This document shows, in pieces, positions 47,394 through 56,892 of a DNA stretch of 64,000 nucleotides; position 1 is the first letter of the stretch; each line of letters starts with the position of its first letter. The notes under the pieces are model-generated. The model was not told the DNA's origin, searched no databases, and worked only from the letters and a program-made list of their open reading frames with translations. The DNA comes from Granulosicoccus sp. (GTDB taxonomy: Bacteria; Pseudomonadota; Gammaproteobacteria; Granulosicoccales; Granulosicoccaceae), in assembly GCA_023300375.1 (NCBI GenBank), contig JALZWO010000086.1:7917-71916 (forward strand), read 5' to 3'. The position numbers and the translations under genes are program-made.

Positions 47394-48332
47394 GGACTCA
47401 CCCGCTAACCACAAGTCAATTAAATAACGAGCAATAGAATCGGTTCGCGGAAGCTTATAGCCTTCGGTTTCATCGGCCCAGTTGCCAAAGGTGAGTAACT
47501 GCTCTTTAGTAAACCATTGGGCATCTTCCAACTCGATGGGATCACAATGAATATCAGTAGTGGTGGCGCGGGCATGAAACCCGAGCATGATAGAGCGTGG
47601 GAACGGCCAAGGTTGAGAGGCTACGTACTGTACGTCAGTGGTTTTTATAGATGCCTCTTCAAGCACCTCTCTTTGCACGGCCATCTCCAAGCTCTCGCCC
47701 GGCTCTACAAAGCCTGCCAAGGTGGAATAAACGCCTTCGGGAAACGCTGGGCTTCGGCCAAGCAAACATATTTCAGGGCCATTGGTGGGCTGGTGGGTGA
47801 CCAGCATTATCACGGCTGGATCAGTTCTTGGAAATGCCATGTGCTCGCAATGGGTACAAGCGCGTACGTGACCACCGTTTACCGATTTGAGCGTATTGCC
47901 ACACCGACTACAATGCGTCGTATGGCTGTTCCAGTAAATAAGGCCACGCGCATAGGCCAGCATAGAGCCCTCTTGTGCTGGCATTAAAGGGCCAATATGG
48001 CGCAGGTCTGAGAATAGCCCAGGTTGCTGTTGCCCTTGAGCGTCAGTAGCGATCAAAGCCAATGCGTGTGCTTCCGAGTCGCTCATCGTACTAACATCGA
48101 TGGCGAAGTAGGCTTGTGAATCGACAAGGCCAAGGAACACTTCAATGTCAGCCTGGTGCGCATCGGCTTTAAGCATAAGCGCAACAGGCGCTGTGGCGTC
48201 TGCAGCAACCAAAGATTTACCGTTTTTAACGGGAATCAATCGGGTCGTGGATGCGTTACGTAACTGCTTAAGGTGTTCTGCATCTTTACGTAGGTGATCA
48301 GCGCGATCAAGGTTGCTGTTCGTATAAAACAT
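47358..48332 (-). CDS. nudC: NAD+ diphosphatase
   Basis: CSRCG / CTHCE zinc ribbon, FPRTDPAVI, Nudix box GFVEPGESLEMAVQREVLEE and SQPWPFP. ATG 48332. Confidence 0.93.
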   Translation of the reverse strand: MFYTNSNLDRADHLRKDAEHLKQLRNASTTRLIPVKNGKSLVAADATAPVALMLKADAHQADIEVFLGLVDSQAYFAIDVSTMSDSEAHALALIATDAQGQQQPGLFSDLRHIGPLMPAQEGSMLAYARGLIYWNSHTTHCSRCGNTLKSVNGGHVRACTHCEHMAFPRTDPAVIMLVTHQPTNGPEICLLGRSPAFPEGVYSTLAGFVEPGESLEMAVQREVLEEASIKTTDVQYVASQPWPFPRSIMLGFHARATTTDIHCDPIELEDAQWFTKEQLLTFGNWADETEGYKLPRTDSIARYLIDLWLAGESGRFNRSTQHTH

Positions 48333-48449
48333 GGTGTGCTGGCAACAGTCGGTACGGGCTTTGCAGTATACGGCTAGCGCCACATGTTGGACAATATTAC
48401 GCTTATAGTTAACCCATCTGCCCATACAGGCCCTTCAGACAGCGCATCA

Positions 48450-49400
48450 ATGACACCCCTTTCTCTATTAGCTCCGGTTGGACGGCTATCACGAGCCGTA
48501 ATGGGTACGTTGCTAGCGGTGCTTTGGTTACCGGTTGAGGCGCAAGAACCCATTGAGCCCCTCTCACCCGAAGCGCCAGTAGTGAAAACGACGCCATCAA
48601 GCTTTACGCTTAAACCACGTTGGGAGCTGGGGCTTGGTGGCGGTTTTGTCTCGGGGTTTGACTATCCAGCGTCGAGCGAGACCAGTAATCGAGGCATCGC
48701 ATTACCGTTCTTTGTTTACCGCTCATCCATATTCAGGGCTGGTGATGGCGGAGTTAGGGCTGTGGCTATTGAGAAGCCTCGCTTCACGCTGGATCTGTCC
48801 GTAGGTGGCTCCTTAAATGCTGATTCTGAGGGTAATTCTGCGCGTGAAGGTCTGCCTGATCTGGATTTTCTTTTTGAAGTGGGCCCCCGGTTTCAACTAC
48901 GCATTATGGACACGACCTTACCCTCAGGTGAGCGTATTCAAGGACGGTTCACTACAGATCTCAGGGCCGTTTTTGCCACCGATTTTAGTGGTGTGGAATC
49001 GTTGGGTGCAGTAGCGGATGTGGGCGTTGGGTTTAATATTTCAAACATACGAGGCTTGGGCATTACCGTGCTCACGGGGTTGGATTTGACCTTTGCCAGC
49101 GAGGGATTACAAGATTATTATTATCAGGTCGATCCTGAATTTGTCACACCTGATCGACAGTTTTTTGATGCTAACGCTGGGTATCTTGAGACCACCTTAT
49201 TTGCAGGTTTTGCGGTAAGGCCGTTCAGTTCTGTGCGCGTATTTACTGGATTTATCAAAGGCTTCTTTCATGGGGCGAGCAATGAAGATAGTCCCTTGTT
49301 TGAGGTGTCGGAGCAAACGCGATTTGCAGTGGCTGTTGTCTGGACGCTAGCCACCAGTAAAAACTTGATTGAAGTAGTTGATCTAGGTAGCAGTAACTAA
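48450..49400 (+). CDS. MipA/OmpV family outer-membrane protein
   Basis: Signal peptide, WELGLGGG..DYP, LPFFVYR, REGLPDLD..FEVGP and YYYQV. Confidence 0.8.
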   Translation: MTPLSLLAPVGRLSRAVMGTLLAVLWLPVEAQEPIEPLSPEAPVVKTTPSSFTLKPRWELGLGGGFVSGFDYPASSETSNRGIALPFFVYRSSIFRAGDGGVRAVAIEKPRFTLDLSVGGSLNADSEGNSAREGLPDLDFLFEVGPRFQLRIMDTTLPSGERIQGRFTTDLRAVFATDFSGVESLGAVADVGVGFNISNIRGLGITVLTGLDLTFASEGLQDYYYQVDPEFVTPDRQFFDANAGYLETTLFAGFAVRPFSSVRVFTGFIKGFFHGASNEDSPLFEVSEQTRFAVAVVWTLATSKNLIEVVDLGSSN

Positions 49401-49492
49401 CCTTATCTATCCGTGAAGCTTCTCCTTCTTCCATGAAAATTAAGCCTGTTCGAGCCATCAGTAGCTACGCTTGCCAATTTTAATTTTGATCG

Positions 49493-51604
49493 TTAGTTTG
49501 CCGGCAATGCCCTGCGACGAAAAGGCAAGGTGAGTTGCAACCAGACAATGTCTTTGAGCAATTGGGTGTTGAGTATTTTTTGCTGTCCCTCATCGATAGC
49601 TTGAAATCGCAACTGTTCAAACGCTATGCTGAGGCGCATAAATTGCGATGTGCAGGCGGGCCAATGTTCGCAAGCTCTTAATAAAAAATCCGCAGCGCTC
49701 TCTGTATGTTGGCGTGTCAGTGAATGAGCGCCAAGCGTTTTTACCAGTCGATTCCAATGCCGCTCTTGCCTCTCCAGTGTAGATCGCTGCCAACGTGGGA
49801 GCCCGATAACCCACGCACTCCACAGGCTGGTAATCAGCAAAGCGATGATACAGATCTGCCACAGTGCTGCCTTGCCTAATCCTATAGCGTCCCAAAAGCT
49901 CTTTTGCGAATCGTCATCAAAATCGATAACAAGGCGTTGCCAGTGATAATTCAAGGTGTCCCAGCGAAGCAGTGCATTGCGTATCAAGCCGGGCGTTTGC
50001 CGAGACAGTCGCGGCACTGAGGCCTCATTAGGTAGGGCAGCTGCAAGGCCTTGCTCTACCCGTGAAGGTGCTACAGCTGCGGTTGGGTCTGCACGCTGCC
50101 AAACGCCATCTAGATAAACTTCGGCCCAGGCATGAGCGTTTGATTGGCGCACAATGAGATAATCATTATTGATTTCACCACCTTGATAGCCTGTCACGAT
50201 ACGGGCGGGTATGCCAACGGCTCGCATCAATACAACAAACGCAGATGCGTAGTGTTCGCAAAATCCTTCACGTGTATCAAACAGAAATTCATCTACCGGT
50301 GTTGAGCCCAGTAGCTGAGGCTCCAGAGTGTAGCGAAAAGGTTGTTGGTTAAAGTGTCTTAGCACCTCTTTCGCGTATGCTCGATCACTTGAAGTACGTG
50401 CACGGAGCTCTTTGGCAAAGCGAATAGTGCGTGTATTTTTTTCTGGTAAATGCAGTGTGTCAGCGCGTGGCTTATGCACTGCTGGGATCACATCACTTAG
50501 GGACGAGCTTTGTCTGTAGCGCAGGGGCTGGGTTACACGCTCGCGCGCCAGTATCTGCCCATCGGTAAACACGGTGCCTATGGCGCGAGATGTTGTGCTG
50601 GAGGCCGTAGCTTGCTGACGACTCGATGCGTTGTAGTTTTTGGGTTGTGAGCTTGCAGCATCGAGTGCGAACAGCCAGCGTTGTTGGTGAGCTGGCAGTG
50701 TTACGGTGTAGTCAATACTGGGCTTAAGCTGGCTTTGCACCTTATTAAAATAGGTAGCTGATGCGTGGAATTTTTGATCACTGATAGACCAGCTCCGCCC
50801 ATCGAATTGTGACAATACAATACCGCGCCAATAGAGTTGATTGGGTTCTGGTGTGTCATTGTCAAATTCAACTCGGAAAGCCACAGCATCTGATTGTGAT
50901 AACTTGCCAATGGATCCGGGGCTCATTGAATCTGACAAGCCTGTGGTGGCTGTGGAGCTATCAGGCAGGGACCATAAAGGTCCTGGCAGCCGAGGGAATA
51001 CAAAGAATAAAAGCGCAGCTATTGGTAAGCCTTGTAGCAACAGCTTGCCAATCAGTTTTAAATGGAAAATTAAATTCTGTGGGCTTTTTGCATCTCGTAG
51101 TATGGCAAGGCAGTAGGCAAGTGCGACCACGGCCGGCAGCGTAACAATGGCTGCAATAATAGTCTGCGAATAGAAGTACTGAGTTAGTAGTAAAAAGGCG
51201 CATAGGCACAACAACAATGTGGCATCTATTGCGCGTCTTACTTCAGCAAACTTGGCAGCAACCAGTATGAATAAAAAGGCTACGCAGGGATCTCGCCCAA
51301 TAATGTAGCCGTAGTCCCACTTGATGGCTAAAGCGCTGAGAGCGGCAATGCCGGTTACTGAGGCTGGCGACAAAAGCCATCCCAGTAATTTGTGTTTTGG
51401 ATTTTTTAGTAATGCAAGGCGAGCCCCAACCATGCTTAATCCAACGGCACTCACCCAAATAGGCATGTTCAATGTATGCGGTAACTGCACGAGCACCAGC
51501 AAGCAAGACAGAGCGTACAAGGTGCGTGCATCCATGCGGCTATTGTCGCCGGGATTGAGCACAGGTAATAGATTTCGCCATGAAAAACCTTTACGAATAG
51601 TCAT
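49493..51604 (-). CDS. Membrane transglutaminase-like protein (TgpA type, DUF3488)
   Basis: Multiple TM helices, TGLSDSMSPG, GFCEHYA, HAWAEV and DPT (Cys-His-Asp triad). Confidence 0.9.
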   Translation of the reverse strand: MTIRKGFSWRNLLPVLNPGDNSRMDARTLYALSCLLVLVQLPHTLNMPIWVSAVGLSMVGARLALLKNPKHKLLGWLLSPASVTGIAALSALAIKWDYGYIIGRDPCVAFLFILVAAKFAEVRRAIDATLLLCLCAFLLLTQYFYSQTIIAAIVTLPAVVALAYCLAILRDAKSPQNLIFHLKLIGKLLLQGLPIAALLFFVFPRLPGPLWSLPDSSTATTGLSDSMSPGSIGKLSQSDAVAFRVEFDNDTPEPNQLYWRGIVLSQFDGRSWSISDQKFHASATYFNKVQSQLKPSIDYTVTLPAHQQRWLFALDAASSQPKNYNASSRQQATASSTTSRAIGTVFTDGQILARERVTQPLRYRQSSSLSDVIPAVHKPRADTLHLPEKNTRTIRFAKELRARTSSDRAYAKEVLRHFNQQPFRYTLEPQLLGSTPVDEFLFDTREGFCEHYASAFVVLMRAVGIPARIVTGYQGGEINNDYLIVRQSNAHAWAEVYLDGVWQRADPTAAVAPSRVEQGLAAALPNEASVPRLSRQTPGLIRNALLRWDTLNYHWQRLVIDFDDDSQKSFWDAIGLGKAALWQICIIALLITSLWSAWVIGLPRWQRSTLERQERHWNRLVKTLGAHSLTRQHTESAADFLLRACEHWPACTSQFMRLSIAFEQLRFQAIDEGQQKILNTQLLKDIVWLQLTLPFRRRALPAN

Positions 51605-52599
51605 TGAATATTCGTGTCTGATGATTCAGTGTTGTGTCCATAAATGGACAGTGCTTCCAAAGCATGTGCTCGATGCTGCTGTCCACGTCCTTGTGGTATC
51701 GATAGGGTGTTCAGCTGAACTGCATAGTCGGTATGCTGGGTCTCAGCCAACAGTACCCATGCACAGAGGCGTGATAACTGCGCCTCTAATCCTGTCAGGC
51801 CTGTATGTTCCAGCGATAACACCGTGTTAGTGCTTGCAGTCTCTGATTCGAATGTTCGTGATTGCAATCCGGGAGTACGTGCTGAACTCTTCCAGGCTAT
51901 TGAACCCATAGAGTCACCGGGCTGATAGTCGCGCAAGCCACTAACATCACCCGCTAACGCCTGCTTATGGCGATCTTTTGCGTCGGAGTCACCCAGCGTT
52001 GGCAGCGGTGGTGGGTCGGCTTCAGGTGTTGGATAAACAAAGGCATTGTGATCGGCATGCAGATAGGTCCAGCATGTCCACAGTCCAATAGGCCAATCGC
52101 TTTGTAGCGTCAGTCTTCCCGGTTTGTATATTCCTCTTGTTTGCGTAGGTGTGTTTATCCTAACGTGCTCATTCGAGTCAGATTCAGGGTGCACCAAGGG
52201 GGGCGTTGATTGGGCTGAGCTGATTTTTATGCCATGCCGAGCACGTTGTTGAGTGTTGTTCAGTGTCACGTCAATATGGCCAGGTGTACCCGCAAAGACA
52301 TCGTGCAACTCAATAGCCTGTACGCAAAGGCCGGCGATATTTTTGTACGTGTGGAGTAGCGATGCTGCAAACAGGCCCGTCAACAGAAAGCTCAATGCGT
52401 ACCCCAGTGAGAGCGAGTAGTTAACAGAGGCGATCAGCATCGTCAATAGCGTGAATAGAAATGCACAGCCGCGTTTGCTAGGCACAATATAGACGCGGTC
52501 ATGGGTTATGACGTGAGGCAGAACATCTTCTGCGCGGGTACGGAATACCCGCTGCCACAAGGCGCTTTGTTTAATCTGATGGGTGAGGCCTTGAGTCAT
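51601..52599 (-). CDS. DUF58 domain protein
   Basis: YIVPSKRG, LRDYQPGD..IAWK and RLCAWVL. Confidence 0.88.
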   Translation of the reverse strand: MTQGLTHQIKQSALWQRVFRTRAEDVLPHVITHDRVYIVPSKRGCAFLFTLLTMLIASVNYSLSLGYALSFLLTGLFAASLLHTYKNIAGLCVQAIELHDVFAGTPGHIDVTLNNTQQRARHGIKISSAQSTPPLVHPESDSNEHVRINTPTQTRGIYKPGRLTLQSDWPIGLWTCWTYLHADHNAFVYPTPEADPPPLPTLGDSDAKDRHKQALAGDVSGLRDYQPGDSMGSIAWKSSARTPGLQSRTFESETASTNTVLSLEHTGLTGLEAQLSRLCAWVLLAETQHTDYAVQLNTLSIPQGRGQQHRAHALEALSIYGHNTESSDTNIQ

Positions 52600-52608
52600 G
52601 AGCTGTAT

Positions 52609-53547
52609 TCAGGGCATGGCAACTTTGTCGAGAATCTCCCGAGCTTTTATGTGGCCACTTTTGACGCTCCCTGTCATTCGATGCCCCGCTAAAGCTGCAA
52701 ATACATCGCGTACATCTTCTGGCAACACATGACTGCGCTCGTGAAGGTAGGCGTAGCTGCGGCTCAGGCGAACCAATGCCAGGCCTGCTCTTGGGCTTAA
52801 ACCCACGCCCTCGTTGCGCGTAGCAAGAATAAGCGCTTGGATGTAGTCGAATACTGGACTCGACATGTGCATCTGTTGAGCGGCGTCGCTACATTCGCCA
52901 AGCGCCCTTGCACCCAGAGGCTTTGATAGTTGACTCGCCTGTGCACGCCTGTCGCCATGCTCGAGTAACTTGCGTTCGGTGGCGGCATCCGGGTAACCGA
53001 TCTGGATACCGATTAGAAATCGATCCAGCTGTGATTCTGGGAGTGTGAAAGCGCCCAATTGATCGTTTGGGTTTTGCGTGGCGATAACAAAAAATTGCTC
53101 ATCAAGCGGGTGCGTTACACCGTCAACCGTAACTTGTCTTTCCTCCATGGCTTCAAGCAAGGCGCTTTGGGCTTTGGCTGGCGCACGATTGATTTCATCT
53201 GCCAGAAGTATCGAAGTAAAAACAGGGCCAGGCTTGAATTCAAACCGCCGTGTTTCGCTGTTGTAGATTGACACCCCCACGACATCGGCTGGCAGAAGGT
53301 CGCTGGTGAATTGCACCCTTTTCCAGTCAAGGCCAAGGGATGCGCTCAAGGCGTGTGCAAGGGTTGTCTTGCCAACTCCTGGCACATCCTCAATGAGTAG
53401 ATGACCGCGCGCCAGAATACAGGATAGTGCCAGCATAATTTGCTGGCTTTTACCAAGCAGTACGGTTTCCAGTTGTGCTTTGACATGCGACAGTGGGGTG
53501 TGTGCGTCTACGGAACTGACACTACGTTGGGTGGCTAGAAGGCTCAT
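52609..53547 (-). CDS. moxR: MoxR-family AAA+ ATPase
   Basis: EDVPGVGKT, QFTSDLLP, DEINRA, TQNP and LPESQLDRF. Confidence 0.93.
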   Translation of the reverse strand: MSLLATQRSVSSVDAHTPLSHVKAQLETVLLGKSQQIMLALSCILARGHLLIEDVPGVGKTTLAHALSASLGLDWKRVQFTSDLLPADVVGVSIYNSETRRFEFKPGPVFTSILLADEINRAPAKAQSALLEAMEERQVTVDGVTHPLDEQFFVIATQNPNDQLGAFTLPESQLDRFLIGIQIGYPDAATERKLLEHGDRRAQASQLSKPLGARALGECSDAAQQMHMSSPVFDYIQALILATRNEGVGLSPRAGLALVRLSRSYAYLHERSHVLPEDVRDVFAALAGHRMTGSVKSGHIKAREILDKVAMP

Positions 53548-53738
53548 TTTACCGAAGAGATAGCGGCTGATAGATATAGACTATCGGCAATTTGAAGCCG
53601 CTTCTGTCTAGGGTTTGTCTGTTGTATTTGAGACATTGCTGGGGCTGTGATTTAGCTCTCATTATCGGTCTACGTGTCATTTTATTGTCGGTTCGGGGCG
53701 GTTAAGAGCTTTTACTAACGCCAAGCTTGTGAGAAAGC

Positions 53739-56700
53739 GTGAGTGCGCGGCGGGCAACTTGTTATACTGACCACTCCAGTGTTTTGTGGTTGCATGATCC
53801 CGGCGTGAAAAATTTTCTAAAGACGGCTGCCCATCAGCATAAGGACCCGCAGGTACGGCTGGGATATATCAATGATCTTGGCGATAATATCGAGCAAGAA
53901 CAGCCTCAGCTTTGCCAAATGGCCAGAGACGATCAAGATTTATTGGTACGTTTGGCAGCTATTGCCAAAGTGGATGATCTCAATGTCTTGCGTGAGCTTC
54001 TTGGTGCGGCATCAGATGATGCTGAGCAGATACGCACCGCGGCTGAGCAGCGCATCACAAACAAAGTGGTTTCCGAGCAGGTTAGCGATGTTGCGCTGCG
54101 GGCTTTGCTGAGCACTCACGCCGCACAACTGGCGGTGCCGATAGCCGCTCTTTGCCCTATCGCGGAGCAACGTGAGTTCGCCTTGCAGGCGTTAACAGAC
54201 GAATCGGCACTGGTGGGTCTCATACAACAATCTCGTTTTCACGATACGCGCCTAGCTGCGGCGCAGCGATTAACGCAACACGACTCAATAAAGACAGCAA
54301 TCACTGCGATTCGCTCAAAAGACAAAGTCGTTGCCAAATGCCTACAGCAGCAACTTGACGCGCAAGCTGATGCTGAAGCCGCTCTGATTGCTCGAGGTCA
54401 TGCTGTGAGCTCCACGCTACAGGCAGCAACGGCATTGAACGAAGGCGTCTGGTCTCCCCAGCACGGTGGGAAATTACAGGCACTTCGTGAAAAATGGGCC
54501 TCTTTGGATACCGCAGATCGGCAAGAGCATGAGGCTGGTTTCACTGCGGCAATGACGAAGGCCGAGGCTAGTCTGCAAAATTACACACAGGAGCAGGAGG
54601 CGTTGCACAAGACGGCCGCTACCCCTGCAGATTCAACTGGGCAAGCTTCTGCAGATCAAACTGATGAATCAAATGCTGGCAGCCGCGGCGATGAAAATAG
54701 TCTTGTTGACACATCCAATGCTGTCTCCCAATTATCATCCGACACCCCATCGCAGGCATCAGACACCAGCAGCGCTGAGCAAGGTACCGTAGCGCCAACA
54801 CCGCTGGCAAAAGATCTGTCGCTAGACGATCCAGCACTGGCAGCAGCACTGCTTAAAGTATCCACGGACGATATTCAAGCGTTGGTTAAGCGCAATACCG
54901 CAACATCCGAAGCGCCATTGATTGACGTGGTGGATTCCAGTGAATCGGTTGAGCAACTGCGTTCTTATTTGCAGGCGTTGGTGGTGTTGTTTGACCCTCC
55001 TTATGACATTAACAAAGCACGCCCTGCGGCCCTACAACAGCGCATTAACAGGGTTAAAACACTTCTCGATATCAATACGGTTATGCCCGGCATATACGTG
55101 GCAGAGCATGCCTACTATCAGGCGCTTAGTACTCACAGCGACGTGCTGGTTGATCGTTTAGGCAAAGCACAGCAAGAATCTGCGGACAGAATAAAAGCCA
55201 CCCATCGGCAGTTCTCGGCCTTAGGGGCGGTGATCAAGGATGGCAAGTGGGGGCCTGCTAACAGCATGATGCGCCGCCTACGTAAAAAAATTGATCTCAT
55301 GGAGCCTGCCGAGCGCAGCTCGTTGAACGATAAGCTTGCTCGCGCTGAATCGCAGTTAGCAGAGATGGCCGACTGGCAGGATTTCGCAGCACGTCCTAAG
55401 CTTGACACATTGTGTGTGTCCATGGAGGCATTGCCAGCACAGGGGCTAGAACCTGATGCGCTTGCTAAGCAAGTGCGTAAGCTGCAAAGCGAGTGGAAAG
55501 CCCTCGGTGTCAGTCGCGCGTCCAATGATTTGTGGAGTCGTTTCAAGAGTGCCGGAGATGCTGCCTACGAGCCGTGCAAGGAATGGTTCGAAGAGAAACA
55601 AAAGGGGCGACAACAAAAACTTGATGCTAAGACAGCGCTGTGTGATGACTTAGAGTCAGGCGTTGAGCTGCTCAGTGGTGATGTTGATTGGCGTGCGGTG
55701 GTTAAGCGTGTTAACCAGGCAAAGCGCGAATGGTCTAACAATAGGGTGCCTGATCGAAAACCCGATAAGGCACTTGAGTCGCGCTTTTCATTAGCGCTAC
55801 AACCTTTCGAATCTGCGTTGACCGATCAATACGATAGCAACGCCGCAGAAAAACAACAGCTGGTTGAAAAGGCTCAGGCACTCGCTGAGGGTGAGATTAA
55901 TCAACACTCTGCCAATCAGGCGAAAAAACTGCTAGCTGCGTGGAAATTAGTCGGTGTGATGCGTCGCCGCGAAGACCAAGCTTTGTGGGAAGTGTTTAAT
56001 GGCCATCTGGGTGCCATATTCAAACATCAACACAAAGTAGAGCGTGAGAAACAACGTGCTGGGCTTGAGCATGTGTTCCGTGCCAAGGACATTATCAAGC
56101 GTCTGAAAACCTTGTCACGTGGTGACACATTGAACGAAGATGACGTTCAGAGCCTAACAACAGAGTTCAGAGAACTGGCTGAATTCCCTGAGCGTGACAA
56201 GAAATTTCTGCTGCGAGATTTTCGTCAAGCGGTAGATAGTTGCTCAAGGGTGCAGGAGGTTGCTTCCAAGCGACGTGCACAAGCTGGCCAGGAAGAGACT
56301 CATCGACTGCTGCTGCTATGCGAGCAACTGGAAGGTGCGGTTGAACAGCCCGATTCGGCAGTGGATACTTTAGTCGACGATGTGACCCATGCGTGGGATG
56401 CCTCCGACGTCAAAGTATCACCTGAACTCGATACTATTCTAAAGGCGCGTCGCGATCAGGCCTTAGCTCATATCAAGTCAGGTGATCAACCAAATTACGA
56501 AATCAACGATCAGTTACGTCGTGATTTACTGATTCGTATGGAGGTTGCCGCAGGAATTGAGACACCGGCAGAAGATAAAGCACGTCGCATGAAATATCAG
56601 CTGGAACACTTGCAGCAAGGCATGACTTCTGCAGGCCTAAACGACAAAAAACAGCTACTCAATCAGCTGGAAAAACAGTGGATGGCTGTTGGGCCTGTTA

Positions 56701-56756
56701 AAGCATCTATCAGAGATACATTGAATTCACGTTATCTCAAAGCTTGTAAACGTTAG
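53739..56756 (+). CDS. DUF349 domain-containing helical protein; start may be GTG 53805
   Basis: WQDFAARPKL, LQSEWK and LWSRFKSAGD-type repeats; C-terminal ETPAEDKARRMKYQL. Confidence 0.8.
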   Translation: MSARRATCYTDHSSVLWLHDPGVKNFLKTAAHQHKDPQVRLGYINDLGDNIEQEQPQLCQMARDDQDLLVRLAAIAKVDDLNVLRELLGAASDDAEQIRTAAEQRITNKVVSEQVSDVALRALLSTHAAQLAVPIAALCPIAEQREFALQALTDESALVGLIQQSRFHDTRLAAAQRLTQHDSIKTAITAIRSKDKVVAKCLQQQLDAQADAEAALIARGHAVSSTLQAATALNEGVWSPQHGGKLQALREKWASLDTADRQEHEAGFTAAMTKAEASLQNYTQEQEALHKTAATPADSTGQASADQTDESNAGSRGDENSLVDTSNAVSQLSSDTPSQASDTSSAEQGTVAPTPLAKDLSLDDPALAAALLKVSTDDIQALVKRNTATSEAPLIDVVDSSESVEQLRSYLQALVVLFDPPYDINKARPAALQQRINRVKTLLDINTVMPGIYVAEHAYYQALSTHSDVLVDRLGKAQQESADRIKATHRQFSALGAVIKDGKWGPANSMMRRLRKKIDLMEPAERSSLNDKLARAESQLAEMADWQDFAARPKLDTLCVSMEALPAQGLEPDALAKQVRKLQSEWKALGVSRASNDLWSRFKSAGDAAYEPCKEWFEEKQKGRQQKLDAKTALCDDLESGVELLSGDVDWRAVVKRVNQAKREWSNNRVPDRKPDKALESRFSLALQPFESALTDQYDSNAAEKQQLVEKAQALAEGEINQHSANQAKKLLAAWKLVGVMRRREDQALWEVFNGHLGAIFKHQHKVEREKQRAGLEHVFRAKDIIKRLKTLSRGDTLNEDDVQSLTTEFRELAEFPERDKKFLLRDFRQAVDSCSRVQEVASKRRAQAGQEETHRLLLLCEQLEGAVEQPDSAVDTLVDDVTHAWDASDVKVSPELDTILKARRDQALAHIKSGDQPNYEINDQLRRDLLIRMEVAAGIETPAEDKARRMKYQLEHLQQGMTSAGLNDKKQLLNQLEKQWMAVGPVKASIRDTLNSRYLKACKR

Positions 56757-56765
56757 GACTCTACG

Positions 56766-56788
56766 CGCCCCCTTGTGGTGTGGGGGCG
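56766..56788 (+). terminator. Hairpin after the DUF349 gene
   Basis: CGCCCCC-N9-GGGGGCG. Confidence 0.5.
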
Positions 56789-56892
56789 ATCGGTTTGTAC
56801 AGGGCCGACTCATCGTTCATACTTCGGCTAAGGTGTACAAACTGCGTGGTTAACGTTCGACTGTAATGCGTTTCGATTAATCATAAGGCCAC

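Noticed and set aside
49493-53547. MoxR-DUF58-transglutaminase as a novel system
   Set aside because: Well-known, widely conserved gene trio.
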